61,344 bases of DNA from a virus (lineage: Duplodnaviria; Caudoviricetes). The notes beneath the pieces were generated by a model. That model had not been told where the DNA came from. It saw only the letters and a list, made by a program, of their open reading frames with translations, and made no database searches. Of the stretch, positions 19,702-30,696 are shown in pieces. Position 1 is the stretch's first letter. Each line of letters opens with the position of its first letter. Location of the stretch: the IMG/VR virus record IMGVR_UViG_3300033153_010600, positions 1-61,344 of that record, one strand, 5' to 3'. The position numbers and the translations under genes were made by a program.

Positions 19702-19995
19702 TCACGGCTTCTTTTTCATAATCACCTCGGCCGCCGCCGCTTCGATGGGGCCAACTTCATCGAACTTGCGCCCAGAGGCAAAGTCAACAATCTGGCCCAT
19801 CGTCTCTTCGTTGGCCGCCTGGTCTTCGACAAAAGCCGTGTGCCCCTTGGCCATGTCTTCAATAATGACCTGGAGGCAATCGCCATCAATGTCGCCACTG
19901 GCGTGTTCTTCCAAAACTGTACTCACTGCGTCATCTCCTTGCCCGTCGCCGGGCGTTACGGTGTTGATGGTCGCGGGTGCCACGTCGCACCTCAC
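19702..19995 (-). CDS. Hypothetical acidic protein
   Basis: Tail EVGPIEAAA; start uncertain. Confidence 0.5.
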   Translation of the reverse strand: MRCDVAPATINTVTPGDGQGDDAVSTVLEEHASGDIDGDCLQVIIEDMAKGHTAFVEDQAANEETMGQIVDFASGRKFDEVGPIEAAAAEVIMKKKP

Positions 19996-21335
19996 TTCAA
20001 TGCTTCGGGTTTTACAAGATCACGAACCGCTTTCGTGATTGACTCTTCGTATATCGTGAGCACGTCGGCAAGATGAACCTGCTCGATCGCGGTAATAGGA
20101 CCGTCCTTCTGGTCTCGATGTTGGACTTCGATCCCCGGCAAGCGAACATCGGAGCCGGGTTTCAGTTCAGCCTTCCAGTATTCATAGCCGCCCTTCTCGG
20201 GGCGTTCCGCAGAACGCAGAGTAATCGGCGGTATCCTCGCAATCACCTGTGTGGTTAGCTTGTCAAGATCAATCGTGGGGGCCGCGCTGATCGCTCCACC
20301 CGGCAGTCCTTGCGGCCCCGGAGGGCCTCGCTCGCCCGGCGCCCCCGGCAAGCCCATCGGCCCACGCTCGCCAGGCGGTCCTTGCGGCCCCCGGGGTCCC
20401 GGCTCGCCTTTCCCAGCAGTGCTTTCGACAGCGGCAAGTCGCTTTGCAAGGCTGTCGATCTGCGCCGCCAGTGCATGTTGGGCCTCCAAAAAATCCTTCA
20501 ACTGGGACGCCGACGGAGACGGAAGTGTCGTCGAGGGCGGAGGCTGCGAAGGCGGCACTTCCTCGGTATGGTAGCCGCCACCTTGGGGTTGCGGCACAGG
20601 AGTAGGCGTTGTCGGCCGGCGCCGAATCGTCCCGTAATTCGGCGCCGGCCGACAGATATAGCCTGGAGGGCAAGTGTAGTTCGGACTCGCCCCAGGATAG
20701 GGACGGATCTGTCGTGATCCGCTCCCGCAGCGGCGAAGGAGATTGCGTAGCCGTTCGCCAAACGTGCCGACGAAAGTTCGGCCGTCCGTGCCCCAAAACA
20801 CGGCTACCAATTCGCCCCGCTCGTTGAAAATCGGCCCGCCTGAATCGCCGTTGCGAAGCGATCCACGGACTTCGATCATTTCGCTGGTCGTAGTGCCGGT
20901 CGTGTTGACCCGCCCAATCATCGTACCCCGACACTCACGATAAGTGGAATCTGGGCCCCAGCCCGCTCCGATAAGCGTATCGCCAGGTTGTGGCGGCGTG
21001 TCGGCCAACTTCACCGTCGCGATCTTCGGCAAAAAGGCGCATTGCAGAACAGCCAGATCCCACACTAGATCACGGCCAACCAGTTGGAGACCGCGCATGG
21101 AGCCCGTTGTCCACCGTGCCTGGATCTCTACGACCCCATCGTTGAACAGGTGGGAGGCCGTCAACACGAGCCCGTCGCCAACATAGGTGCCCGAACCGTA
21201 GCTATTCGTCCCGTTGCCGTGCACTACGCCAATCCGGCAGACGGAGGGATGAGGAGTTGCGCCATGCGCTGCCGCGGCCAGAATCGCCAGCACGGCGAGC
21301 ACGTAGACGATGAGTTCTGCGGCCCAGGATTTCAT
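19992..21335 (-). CDS. Secreted trypsin-like serine protease with collagen-like repeat
   Basis: Signal peptide; LTASH, DLAVL, GDSGGP triad; G-X-Y run [16 protein letters not shown]. Confidence 0.88.
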   Translation of the reverse strand: MKSWAAELIVYVLAVLAILAAAAHGATPHPSVCRIGVVHGNGTNSYGSGTYVGDGLVLTASHLFNDGVVEIQARWTTGSMRGLQLVGRDLVWDLAVLQCAFLPKIATVKLADTPPQPGDTLIGAGWGPDSTYRECRGTMIGRVNTTGTTTSEMIEVRGSLRNGDSGGPIFNERGELVAVFWGTDGRTFVGTFGERLRNLLRRCGSGSRQIRPYPGASPNYTCPPGYICRPAPNYGTIRRRPTTPTPVPQPQGGGYHTEEVPPSQPPPSTTLPSPSASQLKDFLEAQHALAAQIDSLAKRLAAVESTAGKGEPGPRGPQGPPGERGPMGLPGAPGERGPPGPQGLPGGAISAAPTIDLDKLTTQVIARIPPITLRSAERPEKGGYEYWKAELKPGSDVRLPGIEVQHRDQKDGPITAIEQVHLADVLTIYEESITKAVRDLVKPEALK

Positions 21336-21739
21336 CGGTCAATCCTCTCCACGTACAACGGCATCCCCAGTTTCGCGCACACCGCCTGGCATCGCCAGAC
21401 GAACCGTTCTTCGCCATCTTCGACAAGCAGTAATACGGCCGGCTGCTTCCGCAGCACCAACCCGTAGTATTGGCCTTGGCCGATTGCTTCTGCCCACTTC
21501 TTAGCACGATCTACTTCAATCGCCTCCGTCTCGGTCACGAGGTCGCACCGCGAGCGATCCCACAACATTACTTCCGTTTCGGCTCCGTACTTGTCGGCCA
21601 GCCGTTCGCACCAGTCGTGTTCGGACAGCTTTACGTCGGTGCTGGATCTTGCACTCGTGGGGCGTCCGGCGATGATCGCCAAAATGACGGCCAACCCAAA
21701 CAGACTCATCACGATGGCTTCTGTTGTTGACAGCTTCAT
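21332..21739 (-). CDS. Membrane-anchored PD-(D/E)XK-like protein
   Basis: N-terminal TM; [22 protein letters not shown]. Confidence 0.65.
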   Translation of the reverse strand: MKLSTTEAIVMSLFGLAVILAIIAGRPTSARSSTDVKLSEHDWCERLADKYGAETEVMLWDRSRCDLVTETEAIEVDRAKKWAEAIGQGQYYGLVLRKQPAVLLLVEDGEERFVWRCQAVCAKLGMPLYVERIDR

Positions 21740-21754
21740 CGCCTTGGCCTTTCG

Positions 21755-22714
21755 CTATTCCAAACGAAATCTGAACAGTTTTCCGTTTAGGTAGCGTGGT
21801 GTATATCCTCTCGCTTCCGTCTCCGCTGGCGTAGGCGATTTCCTTTTTCCCGCCGACGCAAACCCCGCCGGATTCAATTCGAGGGGAATCTTCTCAACGA
21901 CTTCCTTTGTCGGTCGCGGTAGTTTCGGATCGAAAAGCCACTCGACTCCGATTTCCTTTGCCCAGATACGAACGCTCCGCACAGGAACAACCCAATGAAA
22001 CGAGTCGCCACCACCACGAAGACCAAGGGTAATCATCCCTACCCATCGCCCGTCGCTACGCAAAGCGACAAGGCCGCCGGACGATCCGGGCAACCCTGCA
22101 CAATCCGTCTGATCGAATATGCCATGTTGCGAGCCGCCGAAATCAGGAATGCGAACACCGAGACGACTCAGAATCCCCGAAGTGAGTGAACAAGTCCCGC
22201 CAATTTCTTTTCCGCCAGGCGCGCCAGCGTGATAAAGCGGCGTCCCCGGCGCCGGAATCGTTTCGTCCAAGTACATCTCGCCGCCGACTTTCGTAAAGTC
22301 ACCCTTGCGAACGCGCAATAGGGCGATGTCCCTCGCAGGATCAACGTTCACGACCTTTGCATCGTATTTGATTTCCCCCACGCCACGGCCGTTCTCAACC
22401 TGTTCCTGGACTATCTGGGCGTCCCGGTAGCGGATCTGCTTACGCTCTTCGCCATCCGAACCAATGACGGTTTTGATTTCCCGCAACTTCTCGACCACAT
22501 GATGAGCCGTGAGTATCCAAACTGTTGGCGTCTTCTCGATCTCGCTCAAGAAAATCGTGCCCGAACCTTGCCCATCATTCGGACAGACGACATTGACCGA
22601 GATAGACTGCAAATATGGTCCGACTTCTTCGGGCTTGCGTTGACCCTTGGCGGGAATCGCCAGCACGACGAACATACAGACGGCGAGTTCAGCAGACTTT
22701 AGCCAGATTGCCAT
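21755..22714 (-). CDS. Secreted trypsin-like serine protease
   Basis: GSGT, ILTAHHV, DIALL, PGSSGG; signal peptide; GGAGGTG RBS. Confidence 0.88.
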   Translation of the reverse strand: MAIWLKSAELAVCMFVVLAIPAKGQRKPEEVGPYLQSISVNVVCPNDGQGSGTIFLSEIEKTPTVWILTAHHVVEKLREIKTVIGSDGEERKQIRYRDAQIVQEQVENGRGVGEIKYDAKVVNVDPARDIALLRVRKGDFTKVGGEMYLDETIPAPGTPLYHAGAPGGKEIGGTCSLTSGILSRLGVRIPDFGGSQHGIFDQTDCAGLPGSSGGLVALRSDGRWVGMITLGLRGGGDSFHWVVPVRSVRIWAKEIGVEWLFDPKLPRPTKEVVEKIPLELNPAGFASAGKRKSPTPAETEARGYTPRYLNGKLFRFRLE

Positions 22715-23184
22715 CACATCACCTCCATCTGTCCAGTATATCGCATCCGCGTGCTCGTCCCGAGCAGCCCCGGCGATGTCCGCCACGGCTCGGCGTTCAC
22801 CAACGGCTCGCCAATCGACGCGCACGCCGCCTGCAATATCTCCGAGCAAAACCACCAGCCCGGCTTATCGCACCGCCTGCGGACGGCAAATCCGAGTATC
22901 CCCCAAAGGTCGTATCGCTCGCCCTCGTGCCGCTCGTAGAACGCCGTCACCGCGTCGGCCTTCGCCGGGTCCCGCTCGAAGTCGGCCTGGTACACGTCGA
23001 TCACCGTCCCGGGCGTGTGCCCCCGGGACAGCCCAGGAACGATCCTAACGCCATCCGGCCACCACGCCTCGCACACCCGGGCGTCCCCCCGCGTAAGCCA
23101 CGCAGCGTGCGAGTAGGGGCTCCAGGTACGCCACTGGATCAGGCGGGAGAGCCAAGACTTGCCGCGGTAGAGCAGGACAGCCAT
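22714..23184 (-). CDS. Permuted papain-like NlpC/P60 (YiiX-like) enzyme
   Basis: SPYSHAA..EA..GVR..YDLWG..WFCSEI. Confidence 0.8.
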   Translation of the reverse strand: MAVLLYRGKSWLSRLIQWRTWSPYSHAAWLTRGDARVCEAWWPDGVRIVPGLSRGHTPGTVIDVYQADFERDPAKADAVTAFYERHEGERYDLWGILGFAVRRRCDKPGWWFCSEILQAACASIGEPLVNAEPWRTSPGLLGTSTRMRYTGQMEVM

Positions 23185-23537
23185 CCTCGCAACACACTCC
23201 GGAGAAATCTTACATTCCCATATAGTCTAGCACTGTGCTAGCACCCTGTCAACTCTAGAGCCCCCCCTTCCGGGGCTCTCCCTGGCCTGCCGGCTGCCGT
23301 TTGCCGTGACTCGTCCGTCCCTACTGTCGTGTGCCAGGTGTGTTGGCCTGACAGGGCTGTGGATTCGACGGGTTGTCGCATGCTGCGGGTTTCGCCCCAC
23401 CGGGATGCAGGGGTTGGCAGAGCCCGGAATTATGGTTTTGCCCATCTATCCACTCCCCCCTGGGCGGCGGGGGGTTCCGGTCGCGGTCTGGCCGCTCTAG
23501 CCCTTCGGTCGATTTGGACCGATTCGACAAAATAGTC

Positions 23538-23583
23538 TTGCTACGTCCACCGAGGATATGGTACAATGCAGTTGTGCTGCGAG
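23538..23583 (+). promoter_or_regulatory. Promoter cassette with degenerate handle
   Basis: TTGCTACGTCCACCGAGGATATGGTACAAT, nearly identical to 16971; ends GTTGTGCTGCGAG. Confidence 0.7.
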
Positions 23584-24367
23584 TGAGTACCCGATAACGC
23601 ACCGCTTTTTTGGAGAAAGGGCACGGCCCATAACCCGCGACGGATGGATTGCCGTCGCGTCCTCTGAGTTCAGGACGAACGAGTCTGGCGGTCGGGGGAT
23701 GGCACCCCGCGTACCGCCGAAGTTTGCTGGACGGCCGGTTGATCCACGAGGTTGGCCGGCCGTTCTGTTTTCCATAGGCGCTCCGTTTGGTTTGGGGGGG
23801 AAAAACAGCATCCAGACGGGGCCGGCAGCGGACGCCCCGGAGTGGGTTCGCAGTTCCGCCAGCCCCGCCGCCGGGGGTATATCCAGAAAGAGCAGGGGCC
23901 CCCGGCAGGCAATTCCTGCTGCGGGGGCCCCAAAAAACCGCAACCGACGGGAGATTCGGTTGTACTATGGGCGTTTTGTGTGGTATACTGCTAGTAGGCA
24001 TAGGTGGTGTTGCACCTTGTCTCACCGGCTCGGGGCCTCTCACCCGCGAGCCTCTTTTCTTTCCTTGGCTGGTTGATCGAACCTCATGCCGTCCATTCTA
24101 CCATAGCCGTCGGGCCATGTCTACACCTCGCAACACACTTCAATTCTCATGCCGCCGAGATTTGCCTCACCGGCCGGAGAATGGCCCGACCGGCCATCGA
24201 ATACTTTCGTTCCGGTTCGGCCAGCGGCGGTAGATCTCGCCCATGCAGCCGTTCACGTTCCTCTATGATGGCAGCGAACTCGCCATCGTCTATCGTGTCC
24301 ATTGTCGCCTCGACGGCGGTCAGCAGAGCGTCCGATCCCCAGGGGGCGTGTAGCAGAATGTCGTGAG

Positions 24368-24691
24368 TCATTTGCCGCCCCCCGCGAGCTTCGCCCGCTT
24401 TTCGGCCAGTCGTTTGGCCAGCGCCCGCCGGGCCTCTATCTCCACCGTTGTTGCCGGCGCCCGTCGCCCCGGGGGCGGCGTCGCCCGGGCAATTCGCCAC
24501 ACCGAGCCCGCCGGCACGCCCGTCAGCCGGGACACTTCAGCTTCACTGATTCCCAGCCTCACCAGGTCGGCCACCCGCCGCCTCACTTCGGGCCGATACT
24601 TGTGTCGTCCCATCACGGTACTCCACAATGATAGGTCCGTCGGGTATTCGATCGGGCCGAATCCGTTTGTAGCCCGACGGCCCACCGACAA
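24368..24691 (-). CDS. HTH protein
   Basis: LGISEAEVSRLTGVPAGSVWRI; true start probably MGRHKY. Confidence 0.6.
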   Translation of the reverse strand: MSVGRRATNGFGPIEYPTDLSLWSTVMGRHKYRPEVRRRVADLVRLGISEAEVSRLTGVPAGSVWRIARATPPPGRRAPATTVEIEARRALAKRLAEKRAKLAGGGK

Positions 24692-24745
24692 ATCCCCACG
24701 GGCGCCGCACGCAGACGGGCGCGTAGTATGCCGGCGGCCCCAGCG

Positions 24746-25657
24746 TCAATTCGCGTTTGCCGCCTTGCACCATCCGCTTACCCCTACTGGGTAGTTTACC
24801 CACAGGCATTCCGTCATCCGTCTCTTCGTCTTCGCGCCCGATGCGTTGTTCGGCAGTTCAAACTCGACGCAATGCCAGCCCCGCGCTTTCGCAGTAGCAT
24901 TATACCAACGGTTATGATAACCGCTAAGCTGGAACGTGCCCTTGATTCCGGCCAGCACGTCCAGCAACTTCGCATGTTGCTCCTCCGTCATCTCGTGCTC
25001 GTAACAGCGCGTCGCCGTCCGCGTCTCGTGCAAGTAGGGGGGGTCGATATAATAGTGCGTTCGCGGCCCATCCTGTTGCCGGATCACGTCAATCGCGTCG
25101 TCATTTAGTATCACCACCCGTTTAAGCCGCTCGTGCGCCTTGGGCAAACCCTCCACGGTAGAAAGCCAGGACGCCACCTGCTCGTTCATCCCCCGCCGCG
25201 TCCGGTTGCGCGAAAGCGTGGCGAAGTCCTTGCCGAGCCCCTGGCGAGATTGGCGGTAGCGGATGAAGAAGTTGACAGCCGAAACGACGCACGGCGTCTC
25301 CCGGGGCATGTTGTCCTGGTTGTACTGGACGGCTGCTTGCCACCGCGCTTGGCTGAACGGCGTTGCCTCAACGACCCGGTAGAAGGCCGCAAACGCGTCG
25401 TCGTCCTGAAGCGTTCGCCAGAAGTTTACCAGGCCCCCGTTAATGTCGTTCACCACCTCGCTGCATCCGCGCATTTCCGCCGAGCCGTCATACTCCGGCG
25501 AACCCTCGTACCAATCGCGGTCCGGGTCGCGGGCAAATAGCACCGCACCGCCGCCAAAATACGGCTCGACGTAGTGCAAGTGCGGGGGCATCAGGCCGAC
25601 GATCCGCTTCGCCATGTAGTGCTTTCCACCGTGGATCTTTAGGGGGAGGCTGCTCAT
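24746..25657 (-). CDS. Dam-like DNA adenine methyltransferase
   Basis: HGGKHY, YVEPYFGGGAV, VVNDIN, YIDPPY. Confidence 0.92.
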   Translation of the reverse strand: MSSLPLKIHGGKHYMAKRIVGLMPPHLHYVEPYFGGGAVLFARDPDRDWYEGSPEYDGSAEMRGCSEVVNDINGGLVNFWRTLQDDDAFAAFYRVVEATPFSQARWQAAVQYNQDNMPRETPCVVSAVNFFIRYRQSRQGLGKDFATLSRNRTRRGMNEQVASWLSTVEGLPKAHERLKRVVILNDDAIDVIRQQDGPRTHYYIDPPYLHETRTATRCYEHEMTEEQHAKLLDVLAGIKGTFQLSGYHNRWYNATAKARGWHCVEFELPNNASGAKTKRRMTECLWVNYPVGVSGWCKAANAN

Positions 25658-25677
25658 GGCCAACATAGCGCCTATTA

Positions 25678-25972
25678 TTCGCAACACACTTCTCAGATTT
25701 CAGCCGTTGTCACTAGGTGAGGAGGATACGAAACTGACCGAGAGGCTGCTCTCGCAACACACTTCTCAGACTTCAGCCGTTGTCACGCCCGGATGATGGG
25801 CGTGAGGCGGTCCTATTTCTCGCAACACACTTCTCAGATTTTAGCCGTCGTCACCACACCCGCGCGGTTGACACTGGCCCCATCTCGGCTACTCGCAACA
25901 CACTTCTCGATTTTTAGCCGTCGTTACTAGCGACAAACGCCGGCGCGATCCCGCACTCTCGCAACACACTTC
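25678..25972 (-). CRISPR. CRISPR array A: 15-nt handle + 4 full repeats, 4 spacers
   Basis: Repeats at 25678, 25751, 25819, 25892 and half repeat 25958-72; TGCTATAAT on the minus strand at 25982-90 just upstream of the half repeat. Confidence 0.93.
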
Positions 25973-26228
25973 ATGCTCCCTATTATAGCAGCCTTGACGG
26001 CCGAGCGTCCATGGATTCCCGAAGGGAACCTAACTCCTACCCCCGCAACGATTTAGGGTTTCCGGCCGAAATTGCCCGGGAGAAGGTATAATAGGCATCG
26101 TGGACGCAAGATGACGATCGCCGAACTGCCCGATGGCGCGGCCGGGCTGCGAAAGCAGCATGGGATAGAAGTGTGTTGCGAGGTCGCTCCCTGTCCACCG
26201 GCCGCGTTTTTTTTGTGGAGGCTAGAGC

Positions 26229-27089
26229 ATGGCTGAAACCAAACGGCTATCCATCAACCTGATCCGCCGCGACAAGAGCACGCAGGGACGAGTGGGCGTC
26301 GACACGGAAACGGTAGAACAATACCGGGAAGTCTATACGGAGCTGCCGCCCCCCAAGGTCTGCAAGGACGACGAGGGCATCTACTGGCTATATGACGGCT
26401 TCGCCACGATAGAGGCGTTTACCCTAGAGGGCCGCAAACAGATCGACTGCGAGGTCCGCAAGGGCAGCTACGAAGACGCCAGGTGGCTGGCGGCCGGCGC
26501 GAACGTTGACCACGACACCGCCGGCCGGCGGCGGACAAACGCGGACAAGCGGCGGGCCGTCGAAGTGGCCCTGTCGTGCCCGCGGTCGGACGAGAAGTCG
26601 AACGGCGAGATCGCGGATCACTGCCGGGTCAGCCGCGACCTAGTTGCCTCGGTCCGGGCGGAAATTGGCGACACGGTACTTTTGGGGGGAAGGGTCGGCT
26701 CAGCCGACCCTTCCCTACTATCCGGGGGGGGCGCGGCGGCCGGCACTTTGGCGGCCGCCTCGAAGCGGCAGCGGGCAAAAACATCTAAGCAAAAGCCACC
26801 CAAAGCCGAGACGCCCGAGCCTACCTCGCCGCCGAACGGCTCCAGCCGCCTCTCCGCCCCCGCTTCGGCTGAGGACTGCGGGCACCACGATGACCCGAAG
26901 TATCTCCACGGCACGCGGGCCGAGCTGAAGGATCGCCTCACGAAACGGCTCACTTCGCTACATTCATTGCTGGGCGAGATCGACAAACTGTACGATCGGA
27001 TAGGAGCAAATACGGGGCAGGTAGAGGAGCACCTGGCGGCGATCGCCAAGGCCCAGCACAGCCTGGCGGCGATCGCCAACGGTCTATAG
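26229..27089 (+). CDS. ParB-like DNA-binding protein
   Basis: TQGRVGVD..VEQY..YWLYDGF..RRTNADKRRAV..SNGEIADHCRVS; GGAGG RBS; palindromic element in frame at 26667-26733. Confidence 0.75.
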   Translation: MAETKRLSINLIRRDKSTQGRVGVDTETVEQYREVYTELPPPKVCKDDEGIYWLYDGFATIEAFTLEGRKQIDCEVRKGSYEDARWLAAGANVDHDTAGRRRTNADKRRAVEVALSCPRSDEKSNGEIADHCRVSRDLVASVRAEIGDTVLLGGRVGSADPSLLSGGGAAAGTLAAASKRQRAKTSKQKPPKAETPEPTSPPNGSSRLSAPASAEDCGHHDDPKYLHGTRAELKDRLTKRLTSLHSLLGEIDKLYDRIGANTGQVEEHLAAIAKAQHSLAAIANGL

Positions 27090-27130
27090 TCGATGTACGC
27101 TCGCCACTACGAACTACGGGAGCTATACTA

Positions 27131-28198
27131 ATGTGCGAGTTCTTATCCGGCGTGGTCACGATAGAACGGTGCCCTCGTGTGCTTTGTGCCGATTTATGGC
27201 ATCACGAGCGCACGGTGGAGGCGTTCGATCTCAAACCAGAAACGTACCGGGAGTGGGAATGGACTAGGGACGACGACGGCGCCAGCCTCACGGTGCGTGC
27301 CGCGCCGGGCGAAAAAAGCAGCGTGCTGAAGTCGGCTATTCTTGCGAAGTTCCCAACGCGGGAAGACGCGCTGAGGGATTGTATCGCACAAACGTTGGAG
27401 AAAGGTGGTTCGCTCTCCCTTTGCGATTGCACGCTACCCGATAATCTAACGCTACCCGAGTCGATCGGCGGCGGGCTCGACTTTAGTAGATGTACACTAC
27501 CCGATGGTCTGACGCTACCCGAGTCGATCGGCGGCGGGCTCGACTTTAGTAGATGTACACTACCCGATGGTCTGACGCTACCCAAGACGATAGACGGTTG
27601 GCTCAACCTTAGTTACTGCGTGCTGCCTGCCGATTTGACGTTGCCCAAGTCGATCGGCGGTGCATTCTACTTTCGCGGTTGCACGCTGCCCGCTGGTTTG
27701 ACGCTGCCCAAAACAGTAGGCGGTTGTCTCGACCTTTGCGGTTGCACGCTGCCCGCCGATTTGAAGCTACCCGAGTCGGTCGGCGAGTGGTTCTACCTTT
27801 ACGACTGCAAACTGCCTGCCGGATTGACACTACCCAAGTCGATAGGCGGTTGGCTCGATCTTCGCGGTTGCCCATTACCTACTGGCCTGACGCTGCCCGA
27901 GTCGATCGGCGGCGGGCTTGACCTTCGCGGTTGCACGCTACCCGCCGATTTGAAGCTGCCCAAATTGGTAGGCGACTGGCTCTACCTTAGCGGTTGCTCA
28001 TTGCCTGTTGGTCTAACGCTACCCAAGATAGTCGGCGGTTCGCTCTCCCTTTGCGATTGCAAGCTACCCGCCGGATTGAAGCTACCTGAGTCGATTGGCG
28101 GTTGCCTTGACCTTCGTCGCTGCACGCTGGCTGAGGGGCTAACATTGGACCTGAGCAAATATAGTGTGGTCCGCGCTGCAAGCTGGCTGAAGGCTTAA
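27131..28198 (+). CDS. LRR-like 21-aa repeat protein, paralog 1
   Basis: Shared MCEFLSG N-terminal domain + tandem LPESIGGxLDLxGCTLPAGLT. Confidence 0.9.
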   Translation: MCEFLSGVVTIERCPRVLCADLWHHERTVEAFDLKPETYREWEWTRDDDGASLTVRAAPGEKSSVLKSAILAKFPTREDALRDCIAQTLEKGGSLSLCDCTLPDNLTLPESIGGGLDFSRCTLPDGLTLPESIGGGLDFSRCTLPDGLTLPKTIDGWLNLSYCVLPADLTLPKSIGGAFYFRGCTLPAGLTLPKTVGGCLDLCGCTLPADLKLPESVGEWFYLYDCKLPAGLTLPKSIGGWLDLRGCPLPTGLTLPESIGGGLDLRGCTLPADLKLPKLVGDWLYLSGCSLPVGLTLPKIVGGSLSLCDCKLPAGLKLPESIGGCLDLRRCTLAEGLTLDLSKYSVVRAASWLKA

Positions 28199-28251
28199 CA
28201 TTGGACCTGAGCAAGTACCGTATAATCCGCTAGGCAACAGGAGCCATCACA

Positions 28252-29361
28252 ATGTGCAAATTTTTATCCGGCGTGGTCACGATGGAGCGGTGCCCGCGAG
28301 TGCTCTGCGCCGACCTATGGCACCACGAGCGTACGGTGGAGGCGTTCGGCCTTAAGCCGGAGACGTACCGAGAATGGGAATGGCTCGAAGACGACGACGG
28401 CGCCAGCCTCACGGTGCGTGCTATACCCGATGAAAATCCCAACGTGTTGAAGTCGGCCATCCTAGCGAAATACCCGACGCGGGAAGAAGCGCTGAGGGCT
28501 TGTATTGCACAGGTGTTAGAGAGACATGGCAGGCTCGATTTCGGTGATTGCGTGCTGCCTGCCAACCTAACACTACCTGAGTTGATAGACGGTTGTCTCG
28601 ACTTTAGCGGATGTGCACTACCCGCCAGTCTAACACTACCCGAGACGATAGGCGAATGGCTCGATCTTAGTGGTTGTGTATTGCCTGCCGAATTAACGCT
28701 ACCCAAGTCAGTCGGCAGTTCACTCTACCTCTGCAACTGCGTGTTACCCGCTAGTTTGGAGTTACCTGAGACGATTGGTGGCTCACTTAACCTTAGTGGC
28801 TGCAAGTTGCCTGTTGGATTAACGCTACCCAATCCAATAGACGGTATACTCAACCTCAACGGCTGCACGCTACCTATTGGTTTGACGCTACCCGAGTCGA
28901 TCGGCGGCGGGCTCGACCTTCGCGGTTGCACGCTGCCCGCCGATTTGAAGCTACCCGAGTCGATCGGCGGCTCGCTTGACCTTCGCGGTTGCTCATTGCC
29001 TATTGGTCTAACGCTACCCAAGACAGTCGGCGGTTCGCTCTCCCTTTGCGATTGCAAGCTACCCGCCGGATTGAAGCTACCCGAGTCGATTAGCGGCGGA
29101 CTCGACCTTTGTGGTTGCGTACTGCCTGCCGATCTGAAGATGCCCGAGTCGGTGGGCGATTGGCTCTACCTTAGCGGTTGCTTATTGCCCGTTGGTCTAA
29201 CGCTACCCGAGACAGTCGGCGGTTCGCTCTACCTTTGCGATTGCGAGTTACCTGCTAGGCTAACGCTACCCGAGTCGATCGGCGGCTCGCTTGACCTTCG
29301 CGGTTGCACGCCGGCTGAAGGCTTAACATTGGACCTGAGCAAGTACCGCGTGATCCGTTAA
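28252..29361 (+). CDS. LRR-like repeat protein, paralog 2
   Basis: Same architecture; AGGAG RBS. Confidence 0.9.
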   Translation: MCKFLSGVVTMERCPRVLCADLWHHERTVEAFGLKPETYREWEWLEDDDGASLTVRAIPDENPNVLKSAILAKYPTREEALRACIAQVLERHGRLDFGDCVLPANLTLPELIDGCLDFSGCALPASLTLPETIGEWLDLSGCVLPAELTLPKSVGSSLYLCNCVLPASLELPETIGGSLNLSGCKLPVGLTLPNPIDGILNLNGCTLPIGLTLPESIGGGLDLRGCTLPADLKLPESIGGSLDLRGCSLPIGLTLPKTVGGSLSLCDCKLPAGLKLPESISGGLDLCGCVLPADLKMPESVGDWLYLSGCLLPVGLTLPETVGGSLYLCDCELPARLTLPESIGGSLDLRGCTPAEGLTLDLSKYRVIR

Positions 29362-29379
29362 TCAACAGGAGCCATCACA

Positions 29380-30678
29380 ATGTGCGAGTTCTTATCCGGC
29401 GTGGTCACGATGGAGCGGTGCCCGCGAGTGCTCTGCGCTGATTTGCGGCATTGCGAATACACAGTGGCAGCGTTCGGTCTTAAGCCGGAGACGTACCGAG
29501 AATGGGAATGGCTCGAAGACGACGACGGAGCCAGCCTCACGGTGTATGCCGCGCCCGGCGAAGAAGGCAGCGTGCTGAAGTCGGCCATCCTGGCAAAATA
29601 CCCGACGCGGGAAGACGCGCTGAGGGCTTGCGTCGCTCAGGCGTTGGAGAAACGCGGTTTGCTCGACTTTCGCAGCTGTACGCTACCCGCTGATTTGAAG
29701 CTACCCGAGTCGATGGATGACTCGCTCAATCTTCGCTATTGCACGCTACCCGACGGATTGACGCTACCCAAGTCGATCGGTGGCTGGCTCGACCTTAACA
29801 ACTCCGTGCTACCCGACGGTTTGAAGCTACCCGAATCGGTAGGCGGCTCGCTCGACCTTAGTGGCTGCAAGTTGCCTGTTGGATTGACGCTACCCAAGTC
29901 GATCGGCGGCTCGCTCGACCTTAGCGATTGTAAGCTGCACGCTGGATTGAAATTACCCAAGTCGGTGGGCAAGTGGCTCTACCTTTGCGGCTGCACGCTA
30001 CCCAACGGGCTGACGTTGCCTAAGTCGATGAACGGTTCGCTTGACCTCAGCTACTGCACGCTACCCGCCGATCTGAAGCTACCCAAGTCGATTGGCGGCT
30101 CGCTTGACCTCTATTACTGCGTGCTACCTGCTGGCCTGACGCTGCCCGAGTCGATCGGCGGCGGGCTCGATCTTCGCGGCTGCGTATTACCCGCTGGGCT
30201 GACGCTGCCCGAGTCGATCGGCGATGAACTCTGCCTTCGCAACTGCACGCTGCCCGACGATTTGACGCTGCCCGAGACAATAGGCGGTTGGCTTGACCTT
30301 CGCGGCTGCGTATTACCCGCTAGTCTGACACTACCCGAGTCGATCAGCGGCTCGCTCGATCTTCGCGGCTGCAAGCTACCCGCTAGTCTGTCGCTACCCG
30401 AGTCGATCGGCGGTTCGCTCTACCTTCGCGGCTGCACATTGTCTAGCGATTTGACATTACCCAAATCGGTAGGCGGTTCGTTTAACCTTTGCGATTGCGT
30501 ATTACCTGTTGGGCTGACGCTACCCGAGTCGATTGGCGGTGAACTCTACTTTTGGAATTGTAAGCTACCCGCTGGGCTAACGCTACCCAAGTCGATTGGC
30601 GGTTGGCTCGACCTTAGCGGCTGCACGTTGGCTGAAGGCTTAACGTTGGACCTGAGTAAGTACCGCGTGATCCGTTAA
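29380..30678 (+). CDS. LRR-like repeat protein, paralog 3
   Basis: Same architecture; longest repeat tract. Confidence 0.9.
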   Translation: MCEFLSGVVTMERCPRVLCADLRHCEYTVAAFGLKPETYREWEWLEDDDGASLTVYAAPGEEGSVLKSAILAKYPTREDALRACVAQALEKRGLLDFRSCTLPADLKLPESMDDSLNLRYCTLPDGLTLPKSIGGWLDLNNSVLPDGLKLPESVGGSLDLSGCKLPVGLTLPKSIGGSLDLSDCKLHAGLKLPKSVGKWLYLCGCTLPNGLTLPKSMNGSLDLSYCTLPADLKLPKSIGGSLDLYYCVLPAGLTLPESIGGGLDLRGCVLPAGLTLPESIGDELCLRNCTLPDDLTLPETIGGWLDLRGCVLPASLTLPESISGSLDLRGCKLPASLSLPESIGGSLYLRGCTLSSDLTLPKSVGGSFNLCDCVLPVGLTLPESIGGELYFWNCKLPAGLTLPKSIGGWLDLSGCTLAEGLTLDLSKYRVIR

Positions 30679-30696
30679 TCAACAGGAGCCAATATA

